From: Candidatus Competibacter sp.
GTDB taxonomy: Bacteria > Pseudomonadota > Gammaproteobacteria > Competibacterales > Competibacteraceae
Length of the DNA: 64,000 nucleotides
Assembly: GCA_031732855.1 (NCBI GenBank)
Contig: JAVMKJ010000110.1
Span: forward strand, 21,006 to 85,005
Direction of reading: 5' to 3'
Under the pieces are notes generated by a model. The model saw nothing but the letters and a program-made list of their open reading frames with translations. It was not told the origin of the DNA and searched no databases. Positions 8,853-19,112 of the stretch are shown here, piece after piece; positions within the stretch are counted from its first letter, which is position 1; every line of letters starts with the position of its first letter. Position numbers and translations under genes: made by a program.

Positions 8853-10688
8853 GTGGCGGACTACGTTCCGCCGGTCGGCACGGCCGACCTGAATCTTACG
8901 GGCCTCTTTTCGCCGCCGGTCGGCACCGTCGATCTCGACATCAGCGCGACGGCCGGCGACGACCGAACCCTGACGGTCTCGGCGCGCACCGGCGGCGCTC
9001 GCGCCATCGCGGCCGTCGCCTACGATCCCAACCTGCTGTCGGCCATCCATGCCGTGACGGGCGCCGCGTGGCAGACGGCCGACGCGCTCCCCGTCGCCCT
9101 GGTCGAACCGCTCCAGCCGGCGGCCGTCCTGCGCGGCGAGGGTCTGGCCCGCTGGCAGGCCGCCGCGTCCGCACCCGCCGGCACCGTGGAAACCTGGCGG
9201 GCCGCGGCGCGGGTGGTGGGGAGCGGATTCGAGACCTGGCAGGATGCGGGGTGGGCCGGGAACGGCGGGCGCGCGGGCTGGCAATCGGCCGCGTTCGCCG
9301 CGGGCAGCGTCTCCCCGAACTGGCAGGACGGCCGGCTGGAATCGAACGGAGTCGCCGCCCGCTTCAGAGTTCGATTGCCGTTATTTTCGCCGGAAACCCG
9401 CGCGGTCTGGCAGGACGGCGGACGGGCGGTCCGTTCCTGGATCGACCGAAGCGGCGACGGCCGGCGGCTGATCGCCGTCGACGTCGCGGTCTGGCAGCGG
9501 GCCGGATACCCTTCGAACGCGCGCCGCGGGCAGCGCCCCAAACCGCCGTCCGACTCGCTCTATCATCCCCCGATCGGCCTCGTCGATCTGGATCTGCGCT
9601 GTCCGCTGCCGGCGTCGCCGGGAGCCATCCATCTAAACCTCGGCCGCGTGCCCTGCGTGGCGCAGGCCGCGCGCTGGATTCCCACCCGGAGGAGCTACAT
9701 GGTCGTCAATTCCGCCTCGCTGGTCCGCTGGCCGGACCTGACGCCGCTGCCGGTGACGGCGATGACCGTCGAAACCGACGCCGATTCCTGGTGCTGGAGT
9801 CTGAGCGCCACGCTGGCCGGGCCGGACGCCTGGGACCTGGTGCAGCCGAATCCGCTGGCCTGCGAGGTGCTGGCGACGATCAACGGCCACGACTGGATAT
9901 TCCTGTTGGACGTACCGAATCGTTCGCGCCGGTTCAATCAGGACCGAACCGCGCTGAAAGGTCGTTCCCGCTCGGCGTGGCTGCATTCGCCCTACACCGC
10001 GCCGACCAGCGGCGTCGAGGCGAACGCGCGCGAAATGGCGCAACTGGCCGAACAGGCGCTGGATAACCTGGGCTGGACGCTGGTGTGGAACGTCGAGAAC
10101 TGGGTGGTCCCCGCCGGGCGCCATGCGTGGAACGGGACGCCCATCGACCGGCTGATGCAACTGGTGGGCGCCACCGACGATTGCCTGTACACCGATCCCG
10201 AATCGGAACTGTTGACCGTCTATTCCCGCTGGCCGATGGCGAGCTGGCTGATCGACGGCGCCACCGCCGACGTGGCCGTGCCGGAAGCGGCCATCCTGAA
10301 CCTGTCGATGGCGCCGACGTACCGCCCGCCGCTGAACGGGGTGTACGTGAGTGGCACGACGCACGGCGCCGTGGCCCTGGTGAAGATCGCCGGCACGGAC
10401 GGCGCCTTACAGCCGGCCGAACCCATCGCGCACGAACTGTTATGCGACGCCGAAGGCGTGGCGGCGCGAGCGCGCGGGCTGAACGCGCTGTCGGATTCCG
10501 GGGCGGGAACGGATCTGACCGCCGAACTGCTGCTGGTCGAGCCGGTGGGCGTGATTCGGCCGGGGCTGATCGCCAGCCTGGCCGGGGTGAAGGGCATCAG
10601 CCGCAGCGTGCGGATCGCCGCGACCTGGTCGAACGGCCTTCAGGTGCGGCAGACGGTGGGACTGGAACGGCGCGAGGTGGAGGCATGA
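8853..10688 (+). CDS. Phage tail protein with N-terminal short-repeat region (611 aa)
   Basis: GTG start 3 nt after the previous stop. The N-terminal 240 aa carry three PP(V/I)G..DL(N/D)L motifs and eight or more W(Q/R) motifs. The C-terminal 370 aa have globular composition. The stop overlaps the next start (ATGA). Confidence 0.5.
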   Translation: MADYVPPVGTADLNLTGLFSPPVGTVDLDISATAGDDRTLTVSARTGGARAIAAVAYDPNLLSAIHAVTGAAWQTADALPVALVEPLQPAAVLRGEGLARWQAAASAPAGTVETWRAAARVVGSGFETWQDAGWAGNGGRAGWQSAAFAAGSVSPNWQDGRLESNGVAARFRVRLPLFSPETRAVWQDGGRAVRSWIDRSGDGRRLIAVDVAVWQRAGYPSNARRGQRPKPPSDSLYHPPIGLVDLDLRCPLPASPGAIHLNLGRVPCVAQAARWIPTRRSYMVVNSASLVRWPDLTPLPVTAMTVETDADSWCWSLSATLAGPDAWDLVQPNPLACEVLATINGHDWIFLLDVPNRSRRFNQDRTALKGRSRSAWLHSPYTAPTSGVEANAREMAQLAEQALDNLGWTLVWNVENWVVPAGRHAWNGTPIDRLMQLVGATDDCLYTDPESELLTVYSRWPMASWLIDGATADVAVPEAAILNLSMAPTYRPPLNGVYVSGTTHGAVALVKIAGTDGALQPAEPIAHELLCDAEGVAARARGLNALSDSGAGTDLTAELLLVEPVGVIRPGLIASLAGVKGISRSVRIAATWSNGLQVRQTVGLERREVEA

Positions 10689-10906
10689 AGAATCTGTGGC
10701 GGCGCTTTTCGGACTTGACCGGGCGGTCGCTGCGCACGGTCGGAACCTGCATCGCCAGCGAGTTCGGCGAATCCGTGATTCAGTATCCGGGGGGAAGTCA
10801 GGTCCGAGTGAAGGGCGAGGGCACGGCCGGCACGCGCTATTTCGTGCTGGATGGAAAGCTGGACGGGGAAGCGCCGGCACTGGTCGCGCTGGAAATCGAG
10901 GTGTAG
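10685..10906 (+). CDS. Small hypothetical phage protein (73 aa), last gene of the module
   Basis: The ATG at 10685 overlaps the stop of the 611-aa gene. Sequence MKNLWRRFSDLTGRS..ALEIEV. No motif recognised. Confidence 0.4.
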   Translation: MKNLWRRFSDLTGRSLRTVGTCIASEFGESVIQYPGGSQVRVKGEGTAGTRYFVLDGKLDGEAPALVALEIEV

Positions 10907-10940
10907 GCGAGCGGATTTTTGTTTTTTTCGTCGGCGCCAG

Positions 10941-10977
10941 TTGGCACAATATGAGAATGATTCTCATAATCTGCCAA
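10941..10977. repeat. 37-bp near-perfect palindrome at the phage/chromosome junction
   Basis: TTGGCA-CAA-TATGAGAAT-G-ATTCTCATA-ATC-TGCCAA. The 9-bp inner arms and 6-bp outer arms are perfect complements. It lies between convergent gene ends (10906 and 11062), with T-runs on both sides (10916-10928, 10988-10993). Confidence 0.8.
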
Positions 10978-11061
10978 TTCAGGCGGTTTTTTATGCCAAT
11001 CCGCGCGGCGGGCGATACCACGATGGCCCTATCGCTTGGCCGAGCGCTGGGTCGGTTTCGA

Positions 11062-12366
11062 TCAAGCGATCTCGGGGGACGATGCGCGAAGAGTCTGGCT
11101 GGTGATCGAGTCGGGCGAATTCGGGCTTTTCCGCGCGGCGGCGATCACCCGGACATGGTTGGCAAAATCCGGGTAACGCTCCAGGGTGCGATTGAATTCG
11201 GCCTGACCGAGTACGAACAGATCGCAATAATCGATGGCCCGGACCGTGGCGTTGCGCGGGGCATGGTCGAGCAACGCCATCTCGCCAAAAAAATCCCCAG
11301 TCTGGAGCGTCGCGATCAACTCGCCCGCCACTGAGAGAATTTCCACGACGCCGTGCTGGATGATATACAAAGCATCCGCCGGGTCGCCGGCCCGAAAGAT
11401 GATCTCGCCGGGCATCGCCACCCGCGGTTTGAGCGCCAGGACGATCTCCTCCACCGACCGCCGCTCGGCCCCCCGGAAAAAGGGGACACGATCGATGAGC
11501 GAGGCATGGAGGACCAGAACGATTTCGGCCCGGAGTGCTGGAGGAAGGGTCGCCAGCACCGTGCGGTCGTCGTAGTTGTGGCGACTTTCCCAAAGATAAC
11601 GGTAATAGCCCCGGACCTTGCCGCGCAATGCCTTGGGAATCTGGTGATAGCGCATGAACGCCTCGGCCCGGTCCACTTTGGTGATATGGCGCTCCCGTTC
11701 GGCGTCCATGCGAAACAGCAGCGTGGCCACGTTACCCAGGACAAAGCCGAAAAAACCGACTCCTACCATCATCACCAGACAGGCATACAGCATCTGCGGC
11801 AGTGTTGTGGGGTGAAGATCGCCATATCCGACCGTGGCCAGGGTGGTAATGACCCAGTATACGGCCTGACCGTATTCGAATAGTTTGTCTTCGTGGGCTC
11901 CGGCGGCGCCACTGCCCAGTCCGACCCAGCCGCAGGCGAAAAGATGGACCACAAACGGCAACAATCCGCCGATCGAGCAGAGCCGCGCCGCCACCGGATG
12001 GAGGGAATCCAGACGTTGCAGCAACCTCCAGGCCAACCGGAAACCGCGCAGTAGCGGAAACTTGGCCAGGTAAAGGACGATGGCTGCATTCCCAAAAATG
12101 GGTTCGGCCAAGCTAACCAGCGGAAAAGCGGCCAGAGCCAGAGCCAGCAACCGCCCGCTCCCCCGTTGCGTGCGCCTGAAATCGTCCCAAGCGGTGAGAC
12201 AAGGACCCAGCATCAGGATCAGTATGACCCCCTCAAAGAGGGGATCGTCCCAGGACGACTGAAACACTGCCTGGAACGCGAGCCGGAGCGGAATCCAGAT
12301 CCCGCCGATCACGGCGGCGGCGATCAGGCAAATCCGGTTGAATTGAGGCGAGACTCGGAACTCCAC
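11062..12366 (-). CDS. Cyclic-nucleotide-gated potassium channel (MloK1-type)
   Basis: The K+ selectivity-filter signature TLATVGYGD follows several hydrophobic helices. The C-terminal cyclic-nucleotide-binding fold shows FFGEMALL .. RNATVRA. Confidence 0.85.
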   Translation of the reverse strand: MEFRVSPQFNRICLIAAAVIGGIWIPLRLAFQAVFQSSWDDPLFEGVILILMLGPCLTAWDDFRRTQRGSGRLLALALAAFPLVSLAEPIFGNAAIVLYLAKFPLLRGFRLAWRLLQRLDSLHPVAARLCSIGGLLPFVVHLFACGWVGLGSGAAGAHEDKLFEYGQAVYWVITTLATVGYGDLHPTTLPQMLYACLVMMVGVGFFGFVLGNVATLLFRMDAERERHITKVDRAEAFMRYHQIPKALRGKVRGYYRYLWESRHNYDDRTVLATLPPALRAEIVLVLHASLIDRVPFFRGAERRSVEEIVLALKPRVAMPGEIIFRAGDPADALYIIQHGVVEILSVAGELIATLQTGDFFGEMALLDHAPRNATVRAIDYCDLFVLGQAEFNRTLERYPDFANHVRVIAAARKSPNSPDSITSQTLRASSPEIA

Positions 12367-12543
12367 AATCAGCGTACCGAACGATAGACCACCCTTCGCT
12401 GGCGCTCGCCGGACACTTGCCGCCAGAGTTGCCCCCGACGGGCGCGGAAAAAGCCGGCGCGGCTCAGCAGGTCATATTTTCCCGCCTGGAATCGCCCGAA
12501 GAGGGAACTCTTACGGATGGGAAAAATTATGAAGGCGGGGCGT

Positions 12544-12810
12544 TCAGGCCTGCATGGCACGGATGTGGTGGGTCAAGCGGCTCTTGTGGCGGGCGGCCTT
12601 GTTGGCGTGAATCAGCCCCTTGCGCGCCATGCGGTCGATTATCGGCAGGGCGGTCTGGTACTCCGACTCGGCCTTCGCCTTGTCTCCGGTATCGATAGCT
12701 TTGATCACGCGCTTGATGTAGGTGCGCAGCATGGAACGCATGCTGGCATTATGCTGGCGATGCTTTTCCGCCTGACGGGCGCGCTTCTTCGCTTGAACGG
12801 TATTGGCCAA
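12544..12810 (-). CDS. rpsT: 30S ribosomal protein S20
   Basis: 88 aa, [42 protein letters not shown]. It is divergent from murJ, as in many gammaproteobacteria. Confidence 0.95.
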   Translation of the reverse strand: MANTVQAKKRARQAEKHRQHNASMRSMLRTYIKRVIKAIDTGDKAKAESEYQTALPIIDRMARKGLIHANKAARHKSRLTHHIRAMQA

Positions 12811-12988
12811 GTTAAATACTCCTTACGACACAACAGGATAAACGTAGCAGGGTTAGGGTGCAAAAGGATTGATAATATCGGCAGTTCCCGCCGCTCTGTC
12901 AATCCCCATGCCCGGCGCCGCGCTGACAGTCCCGGCCGATCCCGCTATTATCCTCGCCTTCCAAACCGCAGTGCAGGATCGTGTTGTC

Positions 12989-14524
12989 ATGAGCAAGGCC
13001 CTCCTCAAATCGACCGGCATCGTCAGCGCCATGACCTCGCTGTCCCGGGTGACCGGCTTTATCCGCGACATGGTCTACGCCCAGATGTTCGGAGCCGGGG
13101 CCGGTACCGACGCCTTCTTCGTGGCCTTCCGCATTCCCAACTTTCTGCGCCGGCTGTTCGCCGAAGGAGCCTTTTCGCAGGCCTTCGTGCCGGTGTTCTC
13201 GGAATACCAGACCCAGCGTTCCCGCGAGGAACTCCAGGAACTGGTGGATCAGGTCGCCGGCACGCTGGGCGCGATCCTGCTGCTGATCAGCGCCATCGGG
13301 GTGCTGGCCGCGCCGGTGCTGATCCTGCTGTTCGCGCCGGGGTTCACCGCCGACGCCGGCAAGTACGAGCTGACGGTGGAGATGCTGCGGATCACCTTCC
13401 CCTACCTGCTGTTCATCTCGCTGACCGCCTTCGCCGGGGGAGTGCTGAACAGTTGCGGGAAGTTCGCCATCCCGGCGGTAACCCCGGTGCTGCTGAACCT
13501 GACCATGATCGCCGCCGCCTTGTGGCTCGCTCCCCGGATGGAACAGCCGGTGGTGGGACTGGCCTGGGGGGTGTTCATCGCCGGGGTCATCCAGTTGAGC
13601 TTCCAAATCCCCTTTCTGCGCCAAGTGAAGCTGCTGCCGCGCCCGCGCTGGGGCTGGGCGGCCCAAGGCGTGCAACAGGTGCTGAAGCTGATGCTGCCGG
13701 CGCTGTTCGGCTCCTCGGTGGCCCAGGTCAACTTGCTGATCGATACGGTGCTGGCCTCGTTCCTGGTCTCGGGCAGCGTCAGTTGGCTGTACTACTCCGA
13801 CCGGCTGGTGGAATTCCCGCTCGGAATTTTCGGCGTGGCGCTGGGCACGGTGATCCTGCCCAAGCTGTCGCGCCATCACGCCAGCGCCGAGACGGTCCAT
13901 TTTTCCCATACCCTGGACTGGGCCTTGCGCTGGGCCCTGCTGATCGGAGTGCCGGCGACGGTGGCGCTGATTCTGCTCTCCGGGCCGATACTCTCCGCGT
14001 TGTTCCAGTACGGCGAGTTCGACGCCCGCGACGTGGCAATGTCCACCCGCAGCCTGATGGCCTTTGCCCTCGGCCTGGTGGCGTTCATGCTGATCAAGGT
14101 GCTGGCGCCGGGCTTCTACGCCCGCCAGGACACCCGCAGCCCGGTCAAGTATGGCCTGATCGCGATGGGCGCCAACACCGCGCTGGTGTTGATGCTGATC
14201 TGGCCGCTGGCCCATGCCGGATTGGCGCTGGCCACCTCGCTGGCCGCTTTCCTCAACGCCGGGCTGCTGTTTTTCAACCTGCGGCGGCGGGACATTTACC
14301 AGCCACGCGCGGGATGGGTGAAATTTCTGGCGCAGTTGGCCGCGGCGAATCTGGCGATGGGGCTGATCTTGTGGTTCGGCGCGGGGAGCTTGGAACACTG
14401 GCTGAACGCCAGCGCACGGGAACGGTTGTGGCATCTGATCTGGCTGCTCGTCGCCGGTGGGGGCGGCTATCTGCTGGCGGTGCTGGCGGTGGGGATACGG
14501 CCACGGCATTTGCTGCATGGGTAG
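12989..14524 (+). CDS. murJ: Lipid II flippase MurJ (MviN)
   Basis: MSKALLKSTGIVSAMTSLSRVTGFIRD..FFVAFRIPNFLRRLFAEGAFSQAFVPV, followed by a multi-TM body. The start was moved from the listed 12869 to the ATG at 12989 (Met41). Confidence 0.9.
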   Translation: MSKALLKSTGIVSAMTSLSRVTGFIRDMVYAQMFGAGAGTDAFFVAFRIPNFLRRLFAEGAFSQAFVPVFSEYQTQRSREELQELVDQVAGTLGAILLLISAIGVLAAPVLILLFAPGFTADAGKYELTVEMLRITFPYLLFISLTAFAGGVLNSCGKFAIPAVTPVLLNLTMIAAALWLAPRMEQPVVGLAWGVFIAGVIQLSFQIPFLRQVKLLPRPRWGWAAQGVQQVLKLMLPALFGSSVAQVNLLIDTVLASFLVSGSVSWLYYSDRLVEFPLGIFGVALGTVILPKLSRHHASAETVHFSHTLDWALRWALLIGVPATVALILLSGPILSALFQYGEFDARDVAMSTRSLMAFALGLVAFMLIKVLAPGFYARQDTRSPVKYGLIAMGANTALVLMLIWPLAHAGLALATSLAAFLNAGLLFFNLRRRDIYQPRAGWVKFLAQLAAANLAMGLILWFGAGSLEHWLNASARERLWHLIWLLVAGGGGYLLAVLAVGIRPRHLLHG

Positions 14525-14532
14525 GTCCCGTT

Positions 14533-14559
14533 CCCCTCGCCCGCTTGCGGGAGAGGTGG
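14533..14559. repeat. REP-like GC-rich imperfect palindrome (CCCCTCGCCCGC-TT-GCGGGAGAGGTGG)
   Basis: Lies in the murJ-ribF spacer. It has the same CCCTC..GAGGG architecture as the elements at 15661-15700 and 34517-34559. Confidence 0.6.
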
Positions 14560-14719
14560 CCATGCAAAAACGCCTCCGCGCGGCAACGCCCGCCGTGCCG
14601 CGGTCGATCCCGCAAGGAATCTGAACCCCGCCGTCTTCCAAGATGTCAGGAATCGGGCGATTACCCCTATAATGCCGACTTTCGCCCGCAACCCACCCCC
14701 TATCTTCCCCAAAACCGGC

Positions 14720-15721
14720 ATGGAATTGATTCGCGGTCAGCACAACCTGAGGCCCCGCCACCGGGGCTGCGTCGCCACCATCGGCAATTTCGATGGGGTG
14801 CATCTCGGCCATCAGGCGATCCTCGCCCAACTGGCCGAGCAGGCCGCGCGCCTGCATCTGCCGCGGCTCGTCATCACCTTCGAGCCGCAGCCGCAGGAGT
14901 TCTTTGCCGGTCCCACGGCGCCCCCGGCCCGGCTGATGCGACTGCGGGAGAAACTGCTGGCACTGGATGGTCTGGGCATCGAACGAGTGCTGTGCCTGGA
15001 ATTCGACCACCGGCTGGCGGCGATGCCGGCGGAAGCGTTCATCGATGAACTGCTCGTGCATCGGCTGGACATCCGATATCTGGTGATCGGCGACGATTTC
15101 CGCTTCGGCCACCGCCGCGCCGGCGATTTCGCGATGCTGGTCGAAGCTGGCCGGCGCCAGGGTTTCGAGGTTGCCGACAACCACAGTTACATCGTGGACG
15201 GCGAGCGGGTCAGCAGCACGCGCATCCGTCAGGCGCTGAGCCAGGGCGAACTGGAGCTGGCGGCGCGACTGCTGGGCCGACCCTACGACATGTGCGGGCG
15301 GGTGGCGCACGGCGACCGCCGCGGCCGTACCCTCGGTTATCCGACCGCCAACATCCACCTGCACCGCCGTGTCACCCCGGTCTACGGCGTCTACGCGGTG
15401 CTGACGAGCGGTCCCGGCCTGCCGCCCTGGCCCGGCGCCGCCAACGTCGGCCGCCGTCCGACCGTGCAGGGCGTCCGCGAGCAACTGGAAGTGCACCTGC
15501 TCGATTTCCAGGGCGATCTCTACGGCCGGCACGTCAAAGTCGATTTCCTGCGCTATCTCCGCCCCGAGCAACGCTTCGAATCCCTGGACGCCTTGCGGCG
15601 ACAAATCCAGCGGGACGAGTCGGACGCCCGGGCCTATTTTGCGGCGCGAGGCATTCAAATCCCTCTCTCCCCCAACCCCTCTCCGCCCAGGGGAGAGGGG
15701 AATTTGAGCACCGGTTTTTAG
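14720..15721 (+). CDS. ribF: Bifunctional riboflavin kinase / FAD synthetase
   Basis: MELIRGQHNL..ATIGNFDGVHLGHQ nucleotidyltransferase motif, plus a C-terminal kinase region (GYPTANI, RRPT). The start was moved to the ATG at 14720. The last ~23 aa (IQIPLSPNPSPPRGEGNLSTGF) are encoded by a REP-like element. Confidence 0.9.
   Translation: MELIRGQHNLRPRHRGCVATIGNFDGVHLGHQAILAQLAEQAARLHLPRLVITFEPQPQEFFAGPTAPPARLMRLREKLLALDGLGIERVLCLEFDHRLAAMPAEAFIDELLVHRLDIRYLVIGDDFRFGHRRAGDFAMLVEAGRRQGFEVADNHSYIVDGERVSSTRIRQALSQGELELAARLLGRPYDMCGRVAHGDRRGRTLGYPTANIHLHRRVTPVYGVYAVLTSGPGLPPWPGAANVGRRPTVQGVREQLEVHLLDFQGDLYGRHVKVDFLRYLRPEQRFESLDALRRQIQRDESDARAYFAARGIQIPLSPNPSPPRGEGNLSTGF
15661..15700. repeat. REP-like hairpin element embedded in the 3' end of ribF
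   Basis: CCCCTCTCC (15676-15684) and GGAGAGGGG (15692-15700) are perfect 9-bp complements, preceded by CCCTCTCTCCCCC. The element sits 10-50 nt upstream of the ileS start. Confidence 0.65.
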
Positions 15722-15730
15722 AGGTTCACC

Positions 15731-18565
15731 GTGGCCGATTACAAAGACACTCTCAATCTTCCCCAGACCGCTTTCCCGATGAAGGCCGATCTCGCCAGGC
15801 GCGAGCCGGACCTGCTGCACTACTGGCGGGAGCTGGATCTGTACCGCCGGCAGCGGGCCGAATTCGCCGGCCGGCCGAAATTCGTGCTGCACGACGGTCC
15901 GCCCTACGCCAACGGGGTCATTCACATCGGCCACGCCGTCAACAAGGTTCTCAAGGACATCATCGTCAAGTCCCGTACCCTCAGCGGTTTCGACGCTCCC
16001 TACGTGCCGGGCTGGGATTGCCACGGCCTGCCGATCGAGCAGGTGGTGGAGAAAAAGCTGGGCAAGGTCGGGGTCAAGGTGGACGCCCGCCAGTTCCGCG
16101 ACGCCTGCCGCGCCTTCGCCGCCGAGCAGGTGGCCAGCCAGAGCACCGATTTCCAGCGGCTGGGGGTTCTGGGCGACTGGGAACACCCCTATCTCACCAT
16201 GGATTTCCGGGCCGAGGCCGACATCGTGCGTTCGCTGGCGCGGATCGTGGCCAACGGCCACCTGTATCGCGGTTCCAAGCCGGTGTACTGGTGCATCGAC
16301 TGCGGCTCGGCGCTGGCCGAGGCCGAGGTGGAGTATGAAGATCGCGAGTCGCCGGCCATCGACGTGCGTTTCCCGGTGGCGAATCCGGCGGCGCTGCTGG
16401 CCCGTCTCCGTCACGTCGAGGGCCATGAAGGCAAGGGGCCGCTGTCCGTGGTGATCTGGACCACCACCCCGTGGACCCTGCCGGCCAACCGGGCGGTGGC
16501 GGTCAACCCGGCCTTTGAATACGTGGTGGTCCAGGTGGAAACCGACCACGGTCAGGAGCGGCTGATCGTCGCCGAACCGCTGCTCAAGGACTCGCTGGCG
16601 CGCTGGCGGATCGAACGCTATCAGGTGGTCGCCTACGGCTCCGGCGCGGATTTGGAAGGGCTGGCGCTGCGCCATCCGTTCTACGATCGCGAGGTGCCGG
16701 CGATCCTGGGCGATCACGTCACCACCGAGGCCGGTACCGGCGCGGTGCATACCGCTCCCGCCCACGGCCAGGAGGACTACGTGGTCGGTTCCCGCTACGG
16801 CCTCCCGGTGGACAACCCGGTGGGACCGGACGGCAAGTTTCTGCCCGACACCCCGCTGTTCGGCGGGCTGCACGTGTTCGCCGCCAACGAGCGGGTGATC
16901 GACGCCCTCAAGGCCCACGGGATGCTGCTGCGGGTGGCCCGCCTGCAACACAGCTACCCGCACTGCTGGCGGCACAAAACCCCCATCATCTTCCGCGCCA
17001 CCCCGCAATGGTTCGTCGGCATGGAGCAACACGGGCTGCGCGCCGGCGCCCTGGCCGAGATCAAGAAGGTGCGCTTCACTCCGGACTGGGGCGAGGCGCG
17101 GATTCAGGGCATGGTGGAGAACCGCCCCGACTGGTGCATGTCCCGACAGCGCTACTGGGGAGTGCCGATCACCCTGTTCACCCACAGGAAAACCGGCGCG
17201 TTGCACCCGAACACGCTGGAACTGATGGAACAGGCCGCGCGGCGCATCGAACGGGGCGGCATCGACGCCTGGTTCGATCTCGACCCGGCCGAACTGCTGG
17301 GCGCCGAAGCGGCGGATTACAACAAGATCGCCGACACCCTGGACGTGTGGTTCGATTCCGGCACGACTCATCTTTCGGTGCTGGAGCGCCGACCCGAGTT
17401 ACATTTCCCGGCGGAGCTGTACCTGGAGGGCTCGGACCAGCACCGCGGCTGGTTCCAGTCCTCGCTGCTGGCCTCGGTGGCGATGCGCGGCGTCGCGCCC
17501 TACCGGGGGCTGCTGACCCATGGCTTCACCGTGGACGCCCAGGGCCGCAAGATGTCCAAGTCGCTGGGCAACGTGGTCGCGCCGCAGAAAGTGGTCAATT
17601 CGCTGGGTGCGGACGTGCTGCGGCTGTGGGTGGCGGCGACGGATTATCGCGGCGAAATGGGCGTCTCCGACGAGATCCTCAAGCGCATGGCCGATTCGTA
17701 CCGACGGATGCGCAACACCGCCCGCTTTCTGCTGGCCAATCTCAACGGTTTCGACCCAGCGCGGCATGTATTGTCGCCGGGGCGGATGCTGGCGCTGGAC
17801 CGCTGGGCGGTGGACCGCACCCGCCGCTTGCAGGAGGAAATCCTGGAGGCTTACGACCAGTACCTGTTCCACCTGATCTACCAGAAAATTCACAATTTCT
17901 GCTCGGTGGATCTGGGCAGCCTGTACCTGGACATCATCAAGGACCGCCAGTACACCACCGGGCGCGACAGCGTCGCCCGCCGTTCGGCGCAGACCGCGAT
18001 GTACCACATCGTGGAGGCGATGACCCGCTGGCTGGCGCCGATCCTCAGTTTCACCGCCGAGGAGATCTGGCGGCACCTGCCCGGCGAACGTGGCCCGTCG
18101 GTGTTCCTGGCGACGTGGTACGCCGGCTTGTTCGCGGCCGGCGACGACGAGCCGCTCGACGCCGCGTTTTGGGATCGCTTGATCGGCGTGCGCGAGGCCG
18201 TCAGCAAGGAACTGGAGAAACTGCGGGTGGCGGGCGGCATCGGCTCGGGATTGGACGCCGAGGTGGATCTCTACGGCGATGGCGAGCTGGCCATCGATCT
18301 CGGCCGGCTCGGGGATGAACTGCGATTTTTTCTGATCACCTCCCACGCCCGCGTTCATCCCCTGGCCGCCAAACCGGAGGATGCGGCGGACGCGCGGGTC
18401 GACGGCCAGCCGCTGGCGATCCGGGTCGCGCCCAGCGCCCACGCCAAATGCGTGCGTTGCTGGCATCATCGCGAGGACGTGGGACGGAACGCCGATCATC
18501 CCGAACTGTGCGGACGCTGCGTGGAGAATGCGTTCGGGGCGGGGGAAGAAAGAAAATTCGTCTAA
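15731..18565 (+). CDS. ileS: Isoleucyl-tRNA synthetase
   Basis: GTG start. [25 protein letters not shown]-type motif [16 protein letters not shown] motif, and a C-terminal zinc motif CVRCWHH..CGRC. 944 aa. Confidence 0.97.
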   Translation: MADYKDTLNLPQTAFPMKADLARREPDLLHYWRELDLYRRQRAEFAGRPKFVLHDGPPYANGVIHIGHAVNKVLKDIIVKSRTLSGFDAPYVPGWDCHGLPIEQVVEKKLGKVGVKVDARQFRDACRAFAAEQVASQSTDFQRLGVLGDWEHPYLTMDFRAEADIVRSLARIVANGHLYRGSKPVYWCIDCGSALAEAEVEYEDRESPAIDVRFPVANPAALLARLRHVEGHEGKGPLSVVIWTTTPWTLPANRAVAVNPAFEYVVVQVETDHGQERLIVAEPLLKDSLARWRIERYQVVAYGSGADLEGLALRHPFYDREVPAILGDHVTTEAGTGAVHTAPAHGQEDYVVGSRYGLPVDNPVGPDGKFLPDTPLFGGLHVFAANERVIDALKAHGMLLRVARLQHSYPHCWRHKTPIIFRATPQWFVGMEQHGLRAGALAEIKKVRFTPDWGEARIQGMVENRPDWCMSRQRYWGVPITLFTHRKTGALHPNTLELMEQAARRIERGGIDAWFDLDPAELLGAEAADYNKIADTLDVWFDSGTTHLSVLERRPELHFPAELYLEGSDQHRGWFQSSLLASVAMRGVAPYRGLLTHGFTVDAQGRKMSKSLGNVVAPQKVVNSLGADVLRLWVAATDYRGEMGVSDEILKRMADSYRRMRNTARFLLANLNGFDPARHVLSPGRMLALDRWAVDRTRRLQEEILEAYDQYLFHLIYQKIHNFCSVDLGSLYLDIIKDRQYTTGRDSVARRSAQTAMYHIVEAMTRWLAPILSFTAEEIWRHLPGERGPSVFLATWYAGLFAAGDDEPLDAAFWDRLIGVREAVSKELEKLRVAGGIGSGLDAEVDLYGDGELAIDLGRLGDELRFFLITSHARVHPLAAKPEDAADARVDGQPLAIRVAPSAHAKCVRCWHHREDVGRNADHPELCGRCVENAFGAGEERKFV

Positions 18566-18594
18566 TATGGTCCCCGGATAACCTGGACTCTCCC

Positions 18595-19083
18595 ATGCTG
18601 AAACAATGGTGGTGGCTCAGCGCCCTGGTGGTCGTGCTGGATCAGGTCACCAAATACCTCGCCGAGACCTTGCTGGTGATGCATCAGCCGGTATCGGTGC
18701 TGCCGTCGTTCAATTTGATGCTGACCTACAACACCGGCGCGGCCTTCAGCTTTCTGGCCGGAGCCGGCGGCTGGCAGCGCTGGTTTTTTCTGGGACTGGG
18801 GTCGCTGGTCAGCATCGGCCTGATCGTCTGGCTGCGGCGACTCGAGCCGGGGGATAAGTGGCTGGCGGCGGCGCTGGCGCTGATTCTGGGCGGAGCGGTC
18901 GGCAACCTGATCGACCGGGCCTGGCTGGGTCAGGTGATCGATTTCATTCAACTCTATTACGATCGCTGGTATTGGCCGGCCTTCAACATCGCCGATTCGG
19001 CCATCACGGTCGGCGCGGCGTTGCTGATCGTGGAAAGCCTGTGGTCCAGGGACGCGGGCAGCATGAAGAATCCCGCCGGGTAA
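18595..19083 (+). CDS. lspA: Lipoprotein signal peptidase II
   Basis: [43 protein letters not shown]. The start was moved to the ATG at 18595. Confidence 0.9.
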   Translation: MLKQWWWLSALVVVLDQVTKYLAETLLVMHQPVSVLPSFNLMLTYNTGAAFSFLAGAGGWQRWFFLGLGSLVSIGLIVWLRRLEPGDKWLAAALALILGGAVGNLIDRAWLGQVIDFIQLYYDRWYWPAFNIADSAITVGAALLIVESLWSRDAGSMKNPAG

Positions 19084-19112
19084 CTGTCCACTGTCCACTA
19101 TGTAAGATCCAC

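Larger units (their letters stand above)
1..10906 (+). mobile_element. Phage-derived tail / late structural module (right-hand end of a prophage or phage-like element; the rest lies upstream of the window)
   Basis: Seven co-directional ORFs with start/stop overlaps (TGATG 2769-2773, ATGA 7615-7618, ATGA 8451-8454, ATGA 10685-10688). The run begins with a tape-measure-like coiled-coil protein followed by very large tail-type proteins. It stops abruptly at 10906 next to core genes. No integrase, lysis gene or att repeat is visible in the window. Confidence 0.6.

Noticed and set aside
10941-10977. Reading the palindrome as a sigma-54 promoter (TGGCAC) or a Fur box
   Set aside because: TGGCAC is not followed by TTGC at the required spacing on either strand. 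The arms (TATGAGAAT) do not match the GATAATGAT Fur half-site.
12899-17371. 1490-aa ORF on the minus strand
   Set aside because: It is antisense to murJ, ribF and ileS, all of which carry unmistakable family motifs. The long open frame is a high-GC artefact.
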